Shown: positions 1-14,242 of the stretch, in pieces
Layout: each line of letters starts with the position of its first letter
Numbering within the stretch: the stretch's first letter is position 1
From: Amoebidium appalachense
Taxonomy: Eukaryota; Protista; Ichthyosporea
Direction: 5' to 3'
Length of the DNA: 64,000 bases
Assembly: GCA_963693365.1 (NCBI GenBank)
Contig: CAVNZM010000007.1
Span: 186,001 to 250,000 of the forward strand
The notes under the pieces: model-generated
The model's database searches: none
Told to the model about the DNA's origin: nothing
The model's input: only the letters and a program-made list of their open reading frames with translations
Translations under genes and position numbers: made by a program

Positions 1-446
1 GTGCGCTGTGCAGACACACAGAACACGCTGAAAAGAAGAAACACGCCGAGCATGTTCATGGCCGCATAGATGGCTGCGTCAGACAGACCCATGTCCTTTG
101 CCCCGTGCACGAAATAGTCAAACGCACTTGTGACACCGCTAGGGATGAGTGCCTTTACAGCATAGTACGTACCGATGTTCACCGTCAAAACCGTTGTGCC
201 AAACCACACCGCACTAACCAACCCAGACGCAGTGCCCATGTACTCCAGCGCGCGGTCCAATGCATCCCTGAGGCGAGGTTTGGGCCCCGCAGCACCTTGC
301 GTGAACTTTGCCGTTGGGGGTGAGCGTGTTACGAGGATGTGTTGCTTGTCGTCGAGGTAAATTGTGCTTGGTGGCTGTGCTGTGCTGTTGTCTGACTCCC
401 CGTAGGCCGCTTTGGGCGCGCGGGGGGTTAGCTGTGGAGGCTCCAT
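1..446 (-). CDS. 5' part of a predicted multi-pass membrane protein running off the left edge
   Basis: ATG at 446-444 opens a stop-free frame to position 1: MEPPQLTPRAPKAAYGESDNS...LEYMGTASGLVSAVWFGTTVLTVNIGTYYAVKALI...AAIYAAMNMLGVFLLFSVFCV, with two hydrophobic segments. It is missing from the ORF track because there is no stop in the window. Family not recognised. Confidence 0.65.
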   Translation of the reverse strand, partial: MEPPQLTPRAPKAAYGESDNSTAQPPSTIYLDDKQHILVTRSPPTAKFTQGAAGPKPRLRDALDRALEYMGTASGLVSAVWFGTTVLTVNIGTYYAVKALIPSGVTSAFDYFVHGAKDMGLSDAAIYAAMNMLGVFLLFSVFCVSAQR

Positions 447-2178
447 GCTGGCGTGAATGAAAACGAGCGCCTGTTAAGCCAAAAAAGAGATAGAGCCAAA
501 CCAGAATAGAGGGCAACAGAGGATTGGTGATGAGCTGCAACCCAAATGTACAGCTAGCAGATGAAGTAAATACGAGCGTGTTTTTTAGCTTGATTTTGTA
601 AATTGAGCGTGCTAACGTGATGACGCATAGTTACCTCCATGAACCAAAGCTAGCAGGAGATCACTGTTTTGCCTGTTTCTAATATATACTTCTCTTCCCT
701 CTCACTAAAAGTGACACAGGCACGTACATATGTAACGGTAGATGTAACGCAGCGGGCGTGTTGACTTTTTCGTTTTTGCGGATAAAAGGGCTGCGTTCTT
801 TTGGGGAGTTTTACCCGTAGGTGATTGGAGGGGGCCATCTGAAATCAGCTGTGCCTATTGCGATGCCGTGACTTGTAGCGAATGGCATGAAGCTTAATTT
901 TCTTTCTACAATATCCTGATGTCTACACTATAAGTAGTTCCATTTAATGCAAGACATCAACCGAATCAACCTGTTTTTCAAGAAATACAAATACAAATAA
1001 ATTTAAATTTAATCTTACCAGCTTTTTTTGTCATATATGGTACATATTAGAGCATTATACCTTGCAGGCGTCAAACCGTCATCGCCGTCAACTTGCGTTA
1101 AGTGTTACCGTAATCCGTCTGTCATCGTATTTGAACCAATCGCATCAAGGCTTAAATGAGGCTATTTTCCGTCCAACTATTGGAGTAATAAAGATGAAGG
1201 CGGCAGGTATTTTCCTGTGTTTTGTTTTTGTTGTTTCCCGGTTTTCTGTTTACAGGGGCACCATGTGGCCGCTTTGTTCTCATCCCTGACCTGTATAATG
1301 GTGTAGCTCAGCCCCTCCCTTACAGCCCTCACCTGCAGCACTCAGTGAAGAGTTGTTATCGTTATCCATAAAACGACCCTCAGTTCCACCCACTCCTCCC
1401 TCTTCCCCCCAACCCTTCCTGGCGTTCCTCTAGGCGGCCTCGGCCAGACATACCGTTCGCGCAAGCCTAAAGCTAACGAAACTTCGGTGGCGCCCCCGGA
1501 GGAGAGTGGTTGCTTGTGTATGTGGGAAGGGAGGAGGGGGTGGAACGGAAGGGTTGGGGGGGCGGGGGGAGGTTGTCTTAACTAAGTAATTGATGATGTG
1601 ACTAATAAAGGCTCTCAATGTGCACTGAAAAAAAAAGCGGAGCTTGAAGCAGCATCGACCCACAGAAGAGCACCCAAGCTCCCCCTTTTATTTTGAGCAT
1701 AAGGAACTGGTCTCTATCTCTTTTTTCCAGCATAATGCATGATGTGCAACCCAGCTATACACTCTGCCGTCGTGTCATTGTTACAGGGTATAGGCAATCA
1801 TAGTACAACTGCACACAACTCGTATTCAGAAAATTCGTTTTCACATGTGGCAACCGTGAGTCAATATACAGCTTTTAGCTACCTACAGAGACTTCTAAGT
1901 AATAGATACAAGTTGAAGGCAAACACACAAGTCATAAATATGTATTGTGTGAGTGCTTGTTAAAGAATAACAACCCCCCCTTAAAAAAAGAAGAAGAAAA
2001 AGAAGACGAAGAAGAAGAACAAGAACGAAAAAGACGAAAAGAACCAGCTTTGGAGAAACTACAGAACAAACGGAAGGACCTAAGTAACGAAAGCCTTGAC
2101 TTTTGTTTTTATGATGACAAGCCAGTCATGAGCTGAAAATAAAAATATACCAGCGAGGGAAAGGGGAGCGAAGAATAG

Positions 2179-3197
2179 TTATTTCCCGTCCGCCTTCACA
2201 TCCTTTCCCCTGACCTTCCCCAGCGTCTCCCTAAAAACCTCGTCGAATTTCTCAGCCACCCTCTTTGGGTTGCGCACACACGCCTCATCCCCACTGACCC
2301 CAAACTGCAGCCTGCCGCCATAGCTCACAATTGACACGCCCATGCCCACATACCCCATCGAAGGCACCCAGAACATGGCATGGAGCAATTTCGTGTGTGC
2401 TAACAGCATTATCTCCTGGGGGCCGGGAACATTTGTCACCACCGTCGTCATCTTGCTCGAAAGAACACCGAACAGAAACCGCCCCAAGAATTCAGGAACA
2501 TAGGGACTACCCAAAAGAGACCCCACGAGAAAATAGACCAAGGGGCCGATGGAGTGTTTCATGTGCGCAAAGGGAGCTCGCACTGCTTGGATTGCCTTTT
2601 CAGGGTCTGGTGTGTGGACGGGTAAAGGAACGAGCGCCGGGGAGAACTTGTTTTCCAGCTTTGCGGGTTTGGATGAAACACGCAGATTGACAGGCACACA
2701 CACGTGCATCTGCGTTGTGCTTGTGTCCCCCTCCTCCTTGAAACATCGGTTAATTGCGGCGGAAAATATGCCCATGAGCGCATCGTTGATGGTCACCCCG
2801 TAGTGATTCTTGATCTCTTTCACCTCGGCAATGTCGTATGCAGGACTCAGAGCAACACGCTTCTTTCCACCCAAATCATTCCCATGCCAGGGATTTCTAT
2901 CCCCAGGCCCAAAGATGACTTTTGCGATTAGCCATGGCCCCATCAGCGCAACTGCAAGGGCAGTGAGGTATTTGTTGGGTGGGGTTTTTCGCATAACACG
3001 GGAGGTGGTTTCCGTAGGACCCCCCTTGTCTCCGTTCACGGGGTCAAACAGGCGGAACAACATGGTCACCATGCCTACACCGTCACCGATCACGTGGTGC
3101 ATGCGCTCGATGATGAGTGTCTGTGTGCCCTCGTAGTTGGGCGTCACTTCCATCTGTTTGCATGTGGGTGCGATGATGTCAGGATCAGGGTCGGAGA

Positions 3198-3238
<41 letters not shown>

Positions 3239-4288
3239 AAAAGAAAAGGAGGCATAGTTGTGCTGGAGCTTAAAGAGATGCGAGCGAAAAGATGGTGACG
3301 TTAAGGGCAGGTGTGTGTGATTGCGTTAATGGGTGATATCTGAGGGGACAAGGCACAGGCAAAACACTGAGGGAAGGTAGGGAGCCGGTAAGGCGCGAAA
3401 GAAGTCTCAGGAGGTAGGCATGGCGATGGGGGAAGGGGGGGGGGGGGGGGGGGGGGCAGAAGACGGAAGGAATCGAAGGGCAGAAGACGACTGGAGATCA
3501 TTGGGTCAGGGAAGGAGGGGAGGAGGGGAGATGCGGGGAAGCGCGCAGGGGAGGGGGGAGGGGAGGGGGGAGGGGGGAGGGAAGAAGTGTTTGTTGGAGG
3601 GATTGTGGGGAAGAGAAGCGGAGACAGAGGGGCTAAGCGGAACGCGGATGGGAGAGGACGAGGGCAGGGGAAGGGGGGGTGGGGGGGGGGGGGGGGGTTC
3701 CGATCATACTCAGACATCCTGCCCACACAACCGGGTGAACGGGCGCTTGTGTATGCATATATAGGCATACTACACACCTCCACAGGCACGCACACATACG
3801 CAGACATACACATACCCCAGCACACAAGCACACACCTTCCACAGGGGCCTGTCGACAGGAAACGGCATAGCAGCCACCTCGCCCATCCTCACCAGCAACT
3901 CATCCTGAGTCTTCGGGCCCCCCACCACATCCACTATGTGTCTCTTGAGGTCGAACTCGCTGTCATCCACCCAAAAAGGCAACCCGTCCACACACACAAT
4001 GCGCTGCCTAAACCTAGCGTACTCTGGTTTATTCACCACTTTCTCTTCGTATTCTTTTCGCAAGTCTTCCGCTGTTACTTTTCCCTCCAGCACATATATC
4101 ATGTTCACGTTCATGAGGTTGTTGAGGGAATCCATTTTCCACATGTAGTCGTGTCCCTCGCAGAGCTGAGCAGAGAAACCGTAAAGGGTGCGTGCAAGGT
4201 CTGTGGCAGTTCTTATGCGATAGAAAACGTAGGTGATGTATGCTGCTAGCAGGCAGGCACACCACGCAGCAAGATGTTCCCACTCCAT
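2179..4288 (-). CDS. Wax ester synthase/diacylglycerol acyltransferase (WS/DGAT, WSD1-like), 2 exons, ~475 aa
   Basis: Exons 4288-3836 (MEWEHLAAW...RFRQRIV...FDLKRHI...DRPLWK|GT) and 3153-2179 (CAG|MEVTPNY...). Catalytic HHxxxDG motif (MHHVIGDG), plus TINDALM, VPVNLR, LENKFS, VTNVPGP and SIVSYGGRLQFGV, all typical of the family. Confidence 0.95.
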
Positions 4289-4957
4289 CTTTACCGATGC
4301 CCTCTCGATAAAGTGACCCAACCAAACAAAAGGTTCCACTGAGAAATGGTTAGGCTAACCGGTTACTCTTTATTTCTTTATTCCAAATGACACGAATTTG
4401 CCGAGTACTTTTTATTTGGTTTTTTCCTGATAGAAATCGCCAGATGATGGTTCAAGGTGTGAGCCACACGAACGCTAGCCGGAGATTGCACATTGTTGGG
4501 TATTGCTTCTATTGGCTGTATGCTGCAAGGTGTGTAAATAAAACGCGACGACTTATTATTAAAAGTCTACGCTTGCAAGCTAACTTCGTCACTTCGCAGA
4601 CCTCAATGGTACTTATCTATTAAATGCTGAAAAAGGGCTATTGCAAAGCATAAATACAAAAGCGTATAAAATGCTTTCACTACACATGCTTGTGGTCTCT
4701 CCCAGTGCATAGGCTAACCTAAAAAGCCTTTCGCCGAATAAAAACAGTTTTTACTTGTTTCTATATGTTTATTTTCATTCGCTACTTATCACAGTCTAGT
4801 CCGTATGTGTGGCTCATTACCAAACGGCACCCGAAAATGCTTGCGAGAAGCCGCGAAGTCGAGCTCCAGGCTGCGCCGGCCCCGGCCTGACGGCTTGTAC
4901 ATAAATTTACTGTGTGCTCCACACAGGTGTGTGCGTGCATGCATGCATGCATGCATG

Positions 4958-5036
<79 letters not shown>

Positions 5037-5226
5037 ACGCACGAGTGGATGCGTGATTGTGTGGGTGTGTGTGTGTGTTAAGGAGGGAGAGAGAGAGTCT
5101 GAGGTAGTCGAGAAATGAGAGAGATGGGGAGAGAGACAGAGAGAGGCCTTTGGGTGGGGGGGGGGGGGGGGGGGGGGATGGGAGTGGGGGGAGCGAGAGG
5201 GAGAAAGCGAGAGCGAGAGAGAGGGA

Positions 5227-5334
<108 letters not shown>

Positions 5335-5340
5335 GAGAGG

Positions 5341-5372
<32 letters not shown>

Positions 5373-5389
5373 AGAGAGGGACAGAGAGA

Positions 5390-5426
<37 letters not shown>

Positions 5427-7286
5427 GAGGGTGTGTGTGTGTGTGTGTGTGTCAAGTTGTGTGTGTGATTGAGAGAGAGAGAGGCAGTTTGAGCGAGGGA
5501 GGGAGCAAGGGAGGGAGCAAGGGAGGGAGCGAGGGAGAGGGAGTGAGGGAGGGAGGGGGCGAGGGAGAGAGAAAAAGAGTGTGTGTGTGCGTGCGTACGT
5601 GAGTAAATGTGTGTGCTTGTGTGATTATGTATGTAAGTGGGTGTGTATGTATGTACAGAACGCGTGCATGGGTATGTGTGATTGGAGTGGGGAGTGTGGG
5701 GGGGAGGGGGGAGGGGAGGGAGGGGGAGAGGGGAGGGAAGGAAGAGCGAGGGGGAGACAGAGGGAGGGAGGAGGGGGAGAGCGAGAGGGGGAGGGAGGGG
5801 GGGGTGAATAAGGGGAGGGAATGGGGGAGGGCCGGGAGATAGTATGTGTATGCATATTTCACGGAAATCTCTAAGGGAGATAGGGTGAGACATGTTGAGA
5901 GACAGAGACATAGAAGAGAAAGAGCTAGAAAGGGAGAGAAAGAGAGAGGGAGAGGGAGAGGGAGAGGGGGAGGGAGGGGGGGGGAGGGGGGGGGGGGGGG
6001 GGGGGGGGGGAGGGAGGGAGAAGGGAGGGAGGGAGGGAGAAGGGAGGGAGGAAGGGAGCGAGGGAAGCGAGATTGAGGGAGTGAGAGAGAGGCCAAGGGA
6101 TTAAAGGGGTTTCGGGCGAGAGACCGGAGGAGGGGGGACGAGAGAGAGATAGATTCGAGGAGGGGGGGGGGGGGGGGGAAGAGGGGAATGCGAGAGGGAG
6201 CGGGAGGGAGAGGGAGAGCGAGAGAGAGGAAGTGAAAGAGAGAGCCTCGGTGTGTGTGTGTATGTGTGCGTGTTTACACGTGTTTGTGTCTCCGTGTGTG
6301 TTCGTGCGTGCGTCTATGCCCGTGTGCGAATGTGCGCGTGTGTGCGAGTGTGGATTAGTACATGTGTGCGATTGTGTGCGTGTGTGTGTGCTCGCCTACG
6401 CATGGGTGTGCCTATGTGTGTGCAAGTCACTGAACCGAACACATTTTGGCACGCTGTCGTTGTGGCAGTGGTGGTGGGTGATCGAATCGTTGTGTTTCAT
6501 AAGGTCAGAATAATGAGAAGAGTGAATCTGCTTTTTTGCAGATTGACTCAACTGAACGTTTCTGCTTTTGGTGAATAATTCTTGCTCTTTGCCAGTCGGT
6601 TTGTTGCTCAATAAGATCATTCCTCCCCCGTAAATGGGCCACTCACGAAGTCCTAGTCTGGTCACAAGGAGGGTGATCGTATTTTTTTCGATTTGTTTGC
6701 AGAACAGCACAGCACCCTGTAGGTAGAACGATGGCATCCCCTCCCCCCCCCCCCCCCCCCTCCTCCCCTCCCCTCCCCCCTTTCCGCATTGTGTGACGAG
6801 TAGCATGAAGGTGTTCTTAATTGCAACCTAAAGAGAGCAACATGCATGCTGAAGAGGGCGAGTCAAATAGCTTTAGCTTCGTTGAACAAGCTTTTTACTA
6901 TTGAGTACGTTATACAGCCGGTCCTTTCGATATTACATCTCGTTCTCTAGATGTAGTATCTCCCCCTCCCCCCCTCCCCTCCCCCCAAAAAACCTGAACC
7001 AACCAGGCAACCAAACACACACACACACACTTGTACACACACAGGCTCACGCACACGCACACAGTGCACATTCACGCACACATACTTACACGACGACGAA
7101 CACTCTTACGCTCACATGCTCACAAACAGATTTCACCGGCACTGTAACGTCACACAGGTAGCACACACGCGCATGCGCGGGCAAGCACGCGCGTGCACAC
7201 ATTTGTGTGCGTTTGTGAGTTTGGCTGTCCGTGTGTAGTGTCTCTATATATTTAAGTTGTCCGTTTCTGTTTATGTTTTGTTTGTG

Positions 7287-7414
<128 letters not shown>

Positions 7415-8022
7415 GTGTGTGTGTGTGCGCGCGTGCGCGTGCGTGTGCGTGTGCGTGCTTGCGTATGTGCTTGCGTGCGTGTTTATGTGTCACATGCGGG
7501 AATTGACGGGGGGAAGTGGAGGTGGAGGGGTGAGGTGGGTGAGTGAGTTCGAAGAGGGGGAGGGGGGTGGGGGTGGGGGGGGCATGGAGGAATTGGAGTA
7601 GGTGGGCGCTGTTGGTAGGTGTGTGTGGCCTTAAAGGAACATTGTCAAGCATTGACCACGTGCTGTGTGTGCTGGAAAGTGCCAGATGCTCGGATTGTGA
7701 CGTCATCCTGCGGATGTGTTGACTTGGCCGGAAGGTGTGAGCCAATCGCTGGTCATGGGGTCCCCAGGGGACGGGGGGCGTGGGGGGGTGTGCCGAGGGG
7801 GGCTAGGGGGGTGGGGAGGGGGGGGGGGGAAGTTGGGGGGAGGGGGGTGCTGGGAAGTTATCAGGTGTGTGGGTGTGTTCAGGTATATGTGTACATGGGT
7901 GGAAAGGGGCCCCGGTGAGCGGGGGAGGGGGGAGGGGGGGGGGGGGGGGGAGGGGGGAGAGGGGGAGGACCGAGGGGGGAGGGGTACAACTGAAGGAGGG
8001 AAAAGTGGTGTGTACATGTGTG

Positions 8023-8093
8023 GACTAGACTAGTAGACTAGTAGACTAGTAGACTAGTAGACTAGTAGACTAGTAGACTAGTAGACTAGTAGA
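8023..8093. repeat. Octamer tandem repeat (GACTAGTA)n, ~8.5 copies
   Basis: Directly visible; each unit contains the palindrome ACTAGT. Confidence 0.95.
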
Positions 8094-9305
8094 TGTGCTT
8101 TGAGGGAAGTGTGGATCTGTATCGGTGTTGTTGTGGTGATGGTGATGGTGTGGGGGTTCGGTTTGGGGTGATGAAACCTGAATTTTATTGCGTCCTCAGT
8201 ATGCCGTGCATACTTTTATATCTCTCCGTTGAATAAATCCAGTCAAAAGAAACTTTCCTGCTTATAAGTTGAAGGGTGGCCGTGGGGAGGGGGAGGGGGG
8301 GAGGGGGGGGGGGGGGGGGGCTGGGCTGGGGGCTGCAGAGCGAGTTCATTGGAGTAAACAGTGTGGGGGTTGCCGAAGGAAATCTCTCTCATGTGTAATA
8401 TTATTGGATGCCCCCAAATGCACCGCCCTTCCAACACTCGTTGGGAACACCACCCACCCCCGTACTCAGTTCCGAGTCTTACCCCCTTCCTCCCCCCCCC
8501 CCCCCCTCTCTGCCCCCCCCTCCCCCCCCCCCCCCCCCTCCCCCCCCCCCCCCCCCCCCCCCCTCCCCGGGACTGCAACCACCACCGCCGTCGCTGCCAC
8601 CACCACCACCACCGGTTGGTGGAAGATGATTGGCTTACAGAAGGAGCAGTAGAAAATGATTGGGTCAGTGTCAGTGCCTTGAGCTATGGCAAACGAAGGG
8701 GCAGGGTGAGGTGTGCTTGCACGTGCACAATAAGACAACTTAACGACAAATACTGAATCCGGTTGACACACACAAGCCTCCACCAATGAAATTTCAAGCA
8801 ATATACGCGGAGGTACTTTAAATGATCCACACACACACACACACCATGTATTCGTGACTGGCTCACATGCACACCCTTCATCGGATGCATCGTTGTGGTA
8901 CATTTGCGCAAATTCCCCCCACCTCTCTCCCCACACCCACCCACCACTCACTTATCCCTCAATCCCCCCCCCCCCCCCCCCGCACACACACCCACGTGCA
9001 CACACCGCCCACCCACCGCCCATCCCCTCCACCCGCCCACCCACCCCCCACCCACCCACCCACCGACCCATTATTGGCCACCAACCTACTCACACGCCCA
9101 CACACACACCCCGGTCCGGTTATGTATACACCACCATCCGCCAATCGCCATTACCTAAACCGCCCACTCCTGCCCTCTTCTATTTATCCCATCATCCCCC
9201 AACCCCCCCACCCTCCAAAAAAAAACGTCCGGTTCTCCGGTGCAATATTAGGGTGCCACTCTGTGACCTATACCGCCCATCCCTGTGCCCTTTCCGCTTA
9301 TCCTA

Positions 9306-9338
<33 letters not shown>

Positions 9339-9377
9339 GCCCGCCCGAACAAGTTGTTGCCAAGTTGTTGTTTTCTC

Positions 9378-9461
<84 letters not shown>

Positions 9462-9464
9462 TTT

Positions 9465-9509
<45 letters not shown>

Positions 9510-9853
9510 AGACCAAACAGAACACGAACAGAGTTGGTGTTTAACATGACCGTCATGTACCCCTACCAGTGCCAGAGCAGAAAACACCATAGCACAAGAA
9601 ACCACTGTGCGCAACCGGACCCACCACCACCACCATGCCTGCTATATCACCACCCCTACCTCTTTCCGCGCATGCAACACCCCTGCCAACCAAAAGAAAA
9701 CAAGAGGGGAAGGCATAGGGAATGGGAGAAGTTTAGACAACATTATTTGCTAATCAAGATTATGCTTGTTCACGAATGATTCACACATATGTAGGGGCCG
9801 GGAAGAAAGTCTAGCCCAAAGAATTTGGTTGTGGTGGTTGTGGTGGTGGTGGT

Positions 9854-9926
<73 letters not shown>

Positions 9927-10224
9927 CCCGAGAGGTGGTGGTGGTGGTGGTGGGGGAGGGGGGGGGGAGAGGGGAGGGGAGAGAGGGCAGAGGGGGGGGG
10001 GGGGGGGGGGGGGATTGTCGAAACTACTAACTTCTCAACTGTTAAAGAAATACTTCGTTGCTGTCGTTCATAATAGTCCTCAAATGTGCATCAATGAAAT
10101 GACACCGGTACGATCCATCCATCCAATCAAAAACCAGGCACATGTAACTAAGCCCCAATAGCAACATGGGGATACAAAATGAACCAATGGCGAACTGGCA
10201 TTGGTTTGGAGGGTAACAAAATGC

Positions 10225-10264
<40 letters not shown>

Positions 10265-10862
10265 ATTCCGCATCAGCGAAATCAGACGCTGACGTTCCTG
10301 ACAGTTTTAAGTGTTTCGGTTTGTATAGAATTACGTGGTCGGAATCATCGTGTGGTATGTACTCATCATTTTAAGTAATCACGTATCACTTTATCCATAT
10401 TAGGTCAACTTGAAGTTATTGAAAGAAATGAGTCGTTGTGCAGGCATAGCACATGACCCTGGGCCTGCACCATGCTGTGGGGCATAGTTCAAAATCCGTG
10501 TAAACATGCAGATAATTTATTCATCACAATGTCACTGTGTTCACGTGGGGTCAATCTTTCAATTTGCGCTTTCCCATGAGAAAGTTTTGGTTGTTTGCTA
10601 TCGCAGAGCCTTTCGTAACATAATTGCTTCTTATTCGTCCGGGAAGGGGGGGGAGGGGGGGAGGAAGGAGGGGAGAAGGGGGGGGGGGGGGGGGGGGGGG
10701 GCACTGCACAGTTATGAGCTCTACAGTGGCGCTAATCACGCTTCCATCTCCCAGACTTGATGGCAACCACAGTGGGGCGGTACGTTTCAGGGTCGAGACG
10801 GTTCTCCTTTTTCTCTCATTTGTGTGCACTTAGTGCCCCTGGCTAAATGAAGGATAACTTTT

Positions 10863-10954
<92 letters not shown>

Positions 10955-10995
10955 ACTCCCCCCCCCCCCCCCTTTCTATTGCTCTCTCTGCTTTA

Positions 10996-11092
<97 letters not shown>

Positions 11093-11110
11093 CGCACACA
11101 CGAGTCATGA

Positions 11111-11157
<47 letters not shown>

Positions 11158-12086
11158 GTGGGCGGAGTGGGGGTGGGGGTGGGGGGGGGGGGGAGGAGAA
11201 AGTGGAAAGAAGAGGGCGAAAGGAAGGGAGGGATGGATGTGATTATAGGAGAGAGAGAGTGTCCGAGCCTGCCGGACGAGAGGAAGAGAGAGTTGAGAGC
11301 AGGGGGAGAGGGGTAACCGTTGAATTGAAAATGATCTACATTTGGAACCGTTGCAATTTAGAAAGTAATCTAAACTTTAATACCAGGCTCTATGTCCAAC
11401 TCGGCATTTTGTGCCATACAAGGTGCGCCATCGAGAAATGTTGACGTTGACTTCTAAAAACGGTAAGTGCAGTTAAATTTGGCTGTAGCGGCAAGACTTT
11501 AAGCAACACAGCGCCACTGTCGGGCACACGGAGCACATTTGTACTGTCTTCCCCCCCCCCCCCAACTGCCCCAGACCCACATACTGTACAGGCACTTAGG
11601 GGGGGAAAAAAGCACTAGCACTGTTCTTGTTTTTTAATACCATACAGTAGTGGTGTACTAGTCTTAGGCCGCATGATGATTCACACAAACCACAGTTCTC
11701 CCCGGTTTTACACCTATCCCCCCCCCCCCCCCCCCCGCTCCCCCCCGGCACCACCACCACACACACACAGCATGCACCCTGTGCTCTGAGTCACCCGAGG
11801 ACCGTCCGAGCATAGACTTCATTCGATAGTGACTCACGGGCACACAGACGCTTTTATATGTGAACTCCGTCATATTTCGAACACAATCCGTCAGATGGGG
11901 TTACGATTCAACTTGATGCTTGAGGGACATCATTAGGCAGAAGTTTTCGAGCCTCTCAAAATATCTCATCGTCTAGTTTTCTTTCCTATCCTTTTCTTTC
12001 TTAGTTTATTTTTTCCCCCAACGCCACTTGGAGTGGCTCAGCTTCTTATGATGTGCTTAGGTTGTGTTTGGATTGGGGACGGAAGT

Positions 12087-12126
<40 letters not shown>

Positions 12127-13454
12127 ACGAAGCACGAAGGTTGTGTTTACCTGGAGGGCGGCGTGAGCAGCTAGCTGCTTTACAAAGGTGGTGGTTGTGT
12201 GGTTACTGGCATGTGCACACATGTGCCAGGTGTGTCTGTGTGCGTGTGTGTGTGTGTGTGTTTGTGTGTGCGTGTGCGTGTGTGTGTGCCACTGGGTGTG
12301 TACACGTGTGTGTGTGTGCGTCTGTGCGCGCACGTGTGTGTGTGACTGTGTGTGTGTGATTTCACAGTACGTGTGTGTAATCAATAAAATACTGTGTAAG
12401 TTTACGTGCACAATAGTCGGGGTCGCATGATAGCACAGTGCTCGTATGTAAATTAAATCGTGGTTTGTCGTGTATGACACTTTAAAATTTTTGTGTGATT
12501 GTTTAACAGTGGTGGTGGTGTGTGTGTTGTGTGTGGTGGTGGTGGTGGTGGTACGGTGGTGTGTGTGGTACTGGGGAGGGGAGGGGAGGGGGGGAGGGGG
12601 GATGGGGAAATGAGGGATGGGGGGAGGAGGGAGAGGGAAGAGAGGGAGGGAGGTACAACCTCCGGGGAGAGCTCGGGAGGCCCCGCGCGGTTACGACATT
12701 TCATTCGATGAGTGCGGGCTGACTCAGAGCGTGAGCAAGTTGTAACTGACTCGGCATGATTTCAAAGTGATACCTGCTCTCGTTACCATCGATGTCTTCA
12801 GTGCATCTGAGTCTGTCGCGCTATCTCTGCCTCATCGAGTGAGTGTCATCCCTGTGGGCCATTATGTTTTGCTATCTATCTGCCGGAGTGCCGCCTGGTG
12901 CCACGGACGTCGGCACAGTATAAATTTAAAAGGCGCAAAGACACAGGCACACAGCTTGTGCATAGGAAAAGCAGCCCCATACAATAGCTCAAGCCCGACT
13001 GCCTTCAAGCTCGGGACAACACAAAGCGTGCGTGCCCAGATAGATAGATCATGGGATATTGCCAGCAATGTGACGTCTCATCACCATATGGCGCTATATG
13101 ATGTTCTCTTCCTTCCTTTTCTGGCTCCGATGTTCCCCCACACAGTGCATGCGCAGGCCCACAGATCATCCCACAGATCATCATAGAACACACAGATGGG
13201 GCCATGCCGGATGGCGGTGATAGGTATGTGTGCGCGCACGAAATCAAATGGTGTACTATGTATTTATCTTACAAGGGATATATCTATTAGTCTATAGGCC
13301 GAAGCAATTTGCGCATCCGTGTAAGACTCGGCTGCAAATGACTCACTGTATAAATTTTTTATGTTGAGTCCAAGGTGGATATGTTTGTGATAGCTGGTGT
13401 CTCCGTGACTCTCCGAGACCAGCCAGGATCTATCTTAGATAGCCTCCGTGATTA

Positions 13455-13870
13455 GAAGCCAATCAGCATATGAAAAAGCCGCTCAGCCAATATCTGTTTA
13501 GATTTCTCGATTGACATCTACTCATCTAGCTGCAAGCGCCCAATAGGATCGTGTGTGTGCGGAAACATCGAATTCCGGTCCCGGGGCGAAGTTATGTGAT
13601 TCACTGATATCCCTGAGCCGCTGATTGCAACATCTTTATATCGCTATATTAAGAAAACATTTGCAATAAATAACAATAATTTTTTATGTAACTATATGAA
13701 TTGCTTGGTTTGTTTACTAGATGAAGAGCTGAGACGTTTTTCTTCAGTCACAGGAACGATACGGAGGCCTTTCTGACTATCTCTGGAATGTGCTAGGTCA
13801 CCAATCAGCAGGCTAGATCTAGCCAACGGCATGATTGGCCATTATCCCCATATCTTGAACCAATAGGAAC
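13455..13870 (+). promoter_or_regulatory. Probable promoter region of the forkhead gene: CCAAT-box cluster and a forkhead-type site
   Basis: CCAAT/ATTGG occurs at about 13459, 13487, 13540, 13801, 13834 and 13860; TGTTTAC at 13711-13717. These lie 0.4-0.8 kb upstream of ATG 14243. Confidence 0.4.
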
Positions 13871-14242
13871 GAGTTTTTGGCCCCTGCGTGGAGTGGCCCC
13901 TATACAAAGAGCAATCACACCCAAACAGAAACGCAACAGAAAAACGAACGCACAAGCTGGCACGCAAAGCAAAGCACATGGCCCCTGGAACAAAAACAGG
14001 CAAACACTTTGGCGTATGTGCTACAGTGCCGTGAACATAACCTGAAAATATATGCATGTATGAGGTTCTGTGCGAGTCAACTCTATGTAAGGAAAAGAAG
14101 CTTCCCCAAGATATACCTAACCACGCACTAAAGCGATGTTTCACTACTAGCACTGAATACTCGACCCATATACCCTGACAAACCCATTGCGGCCTCTCAT
14201 GCACACACGTGTACGCACACAGTCTCCGCCAAACACGCTGAA

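Noticed and set aside
214-540. Track ORF with signal-peptide-like start
   Set aside because: Non-ATG start; the overlapping frame from ATG 446 is longer and more protein-like.
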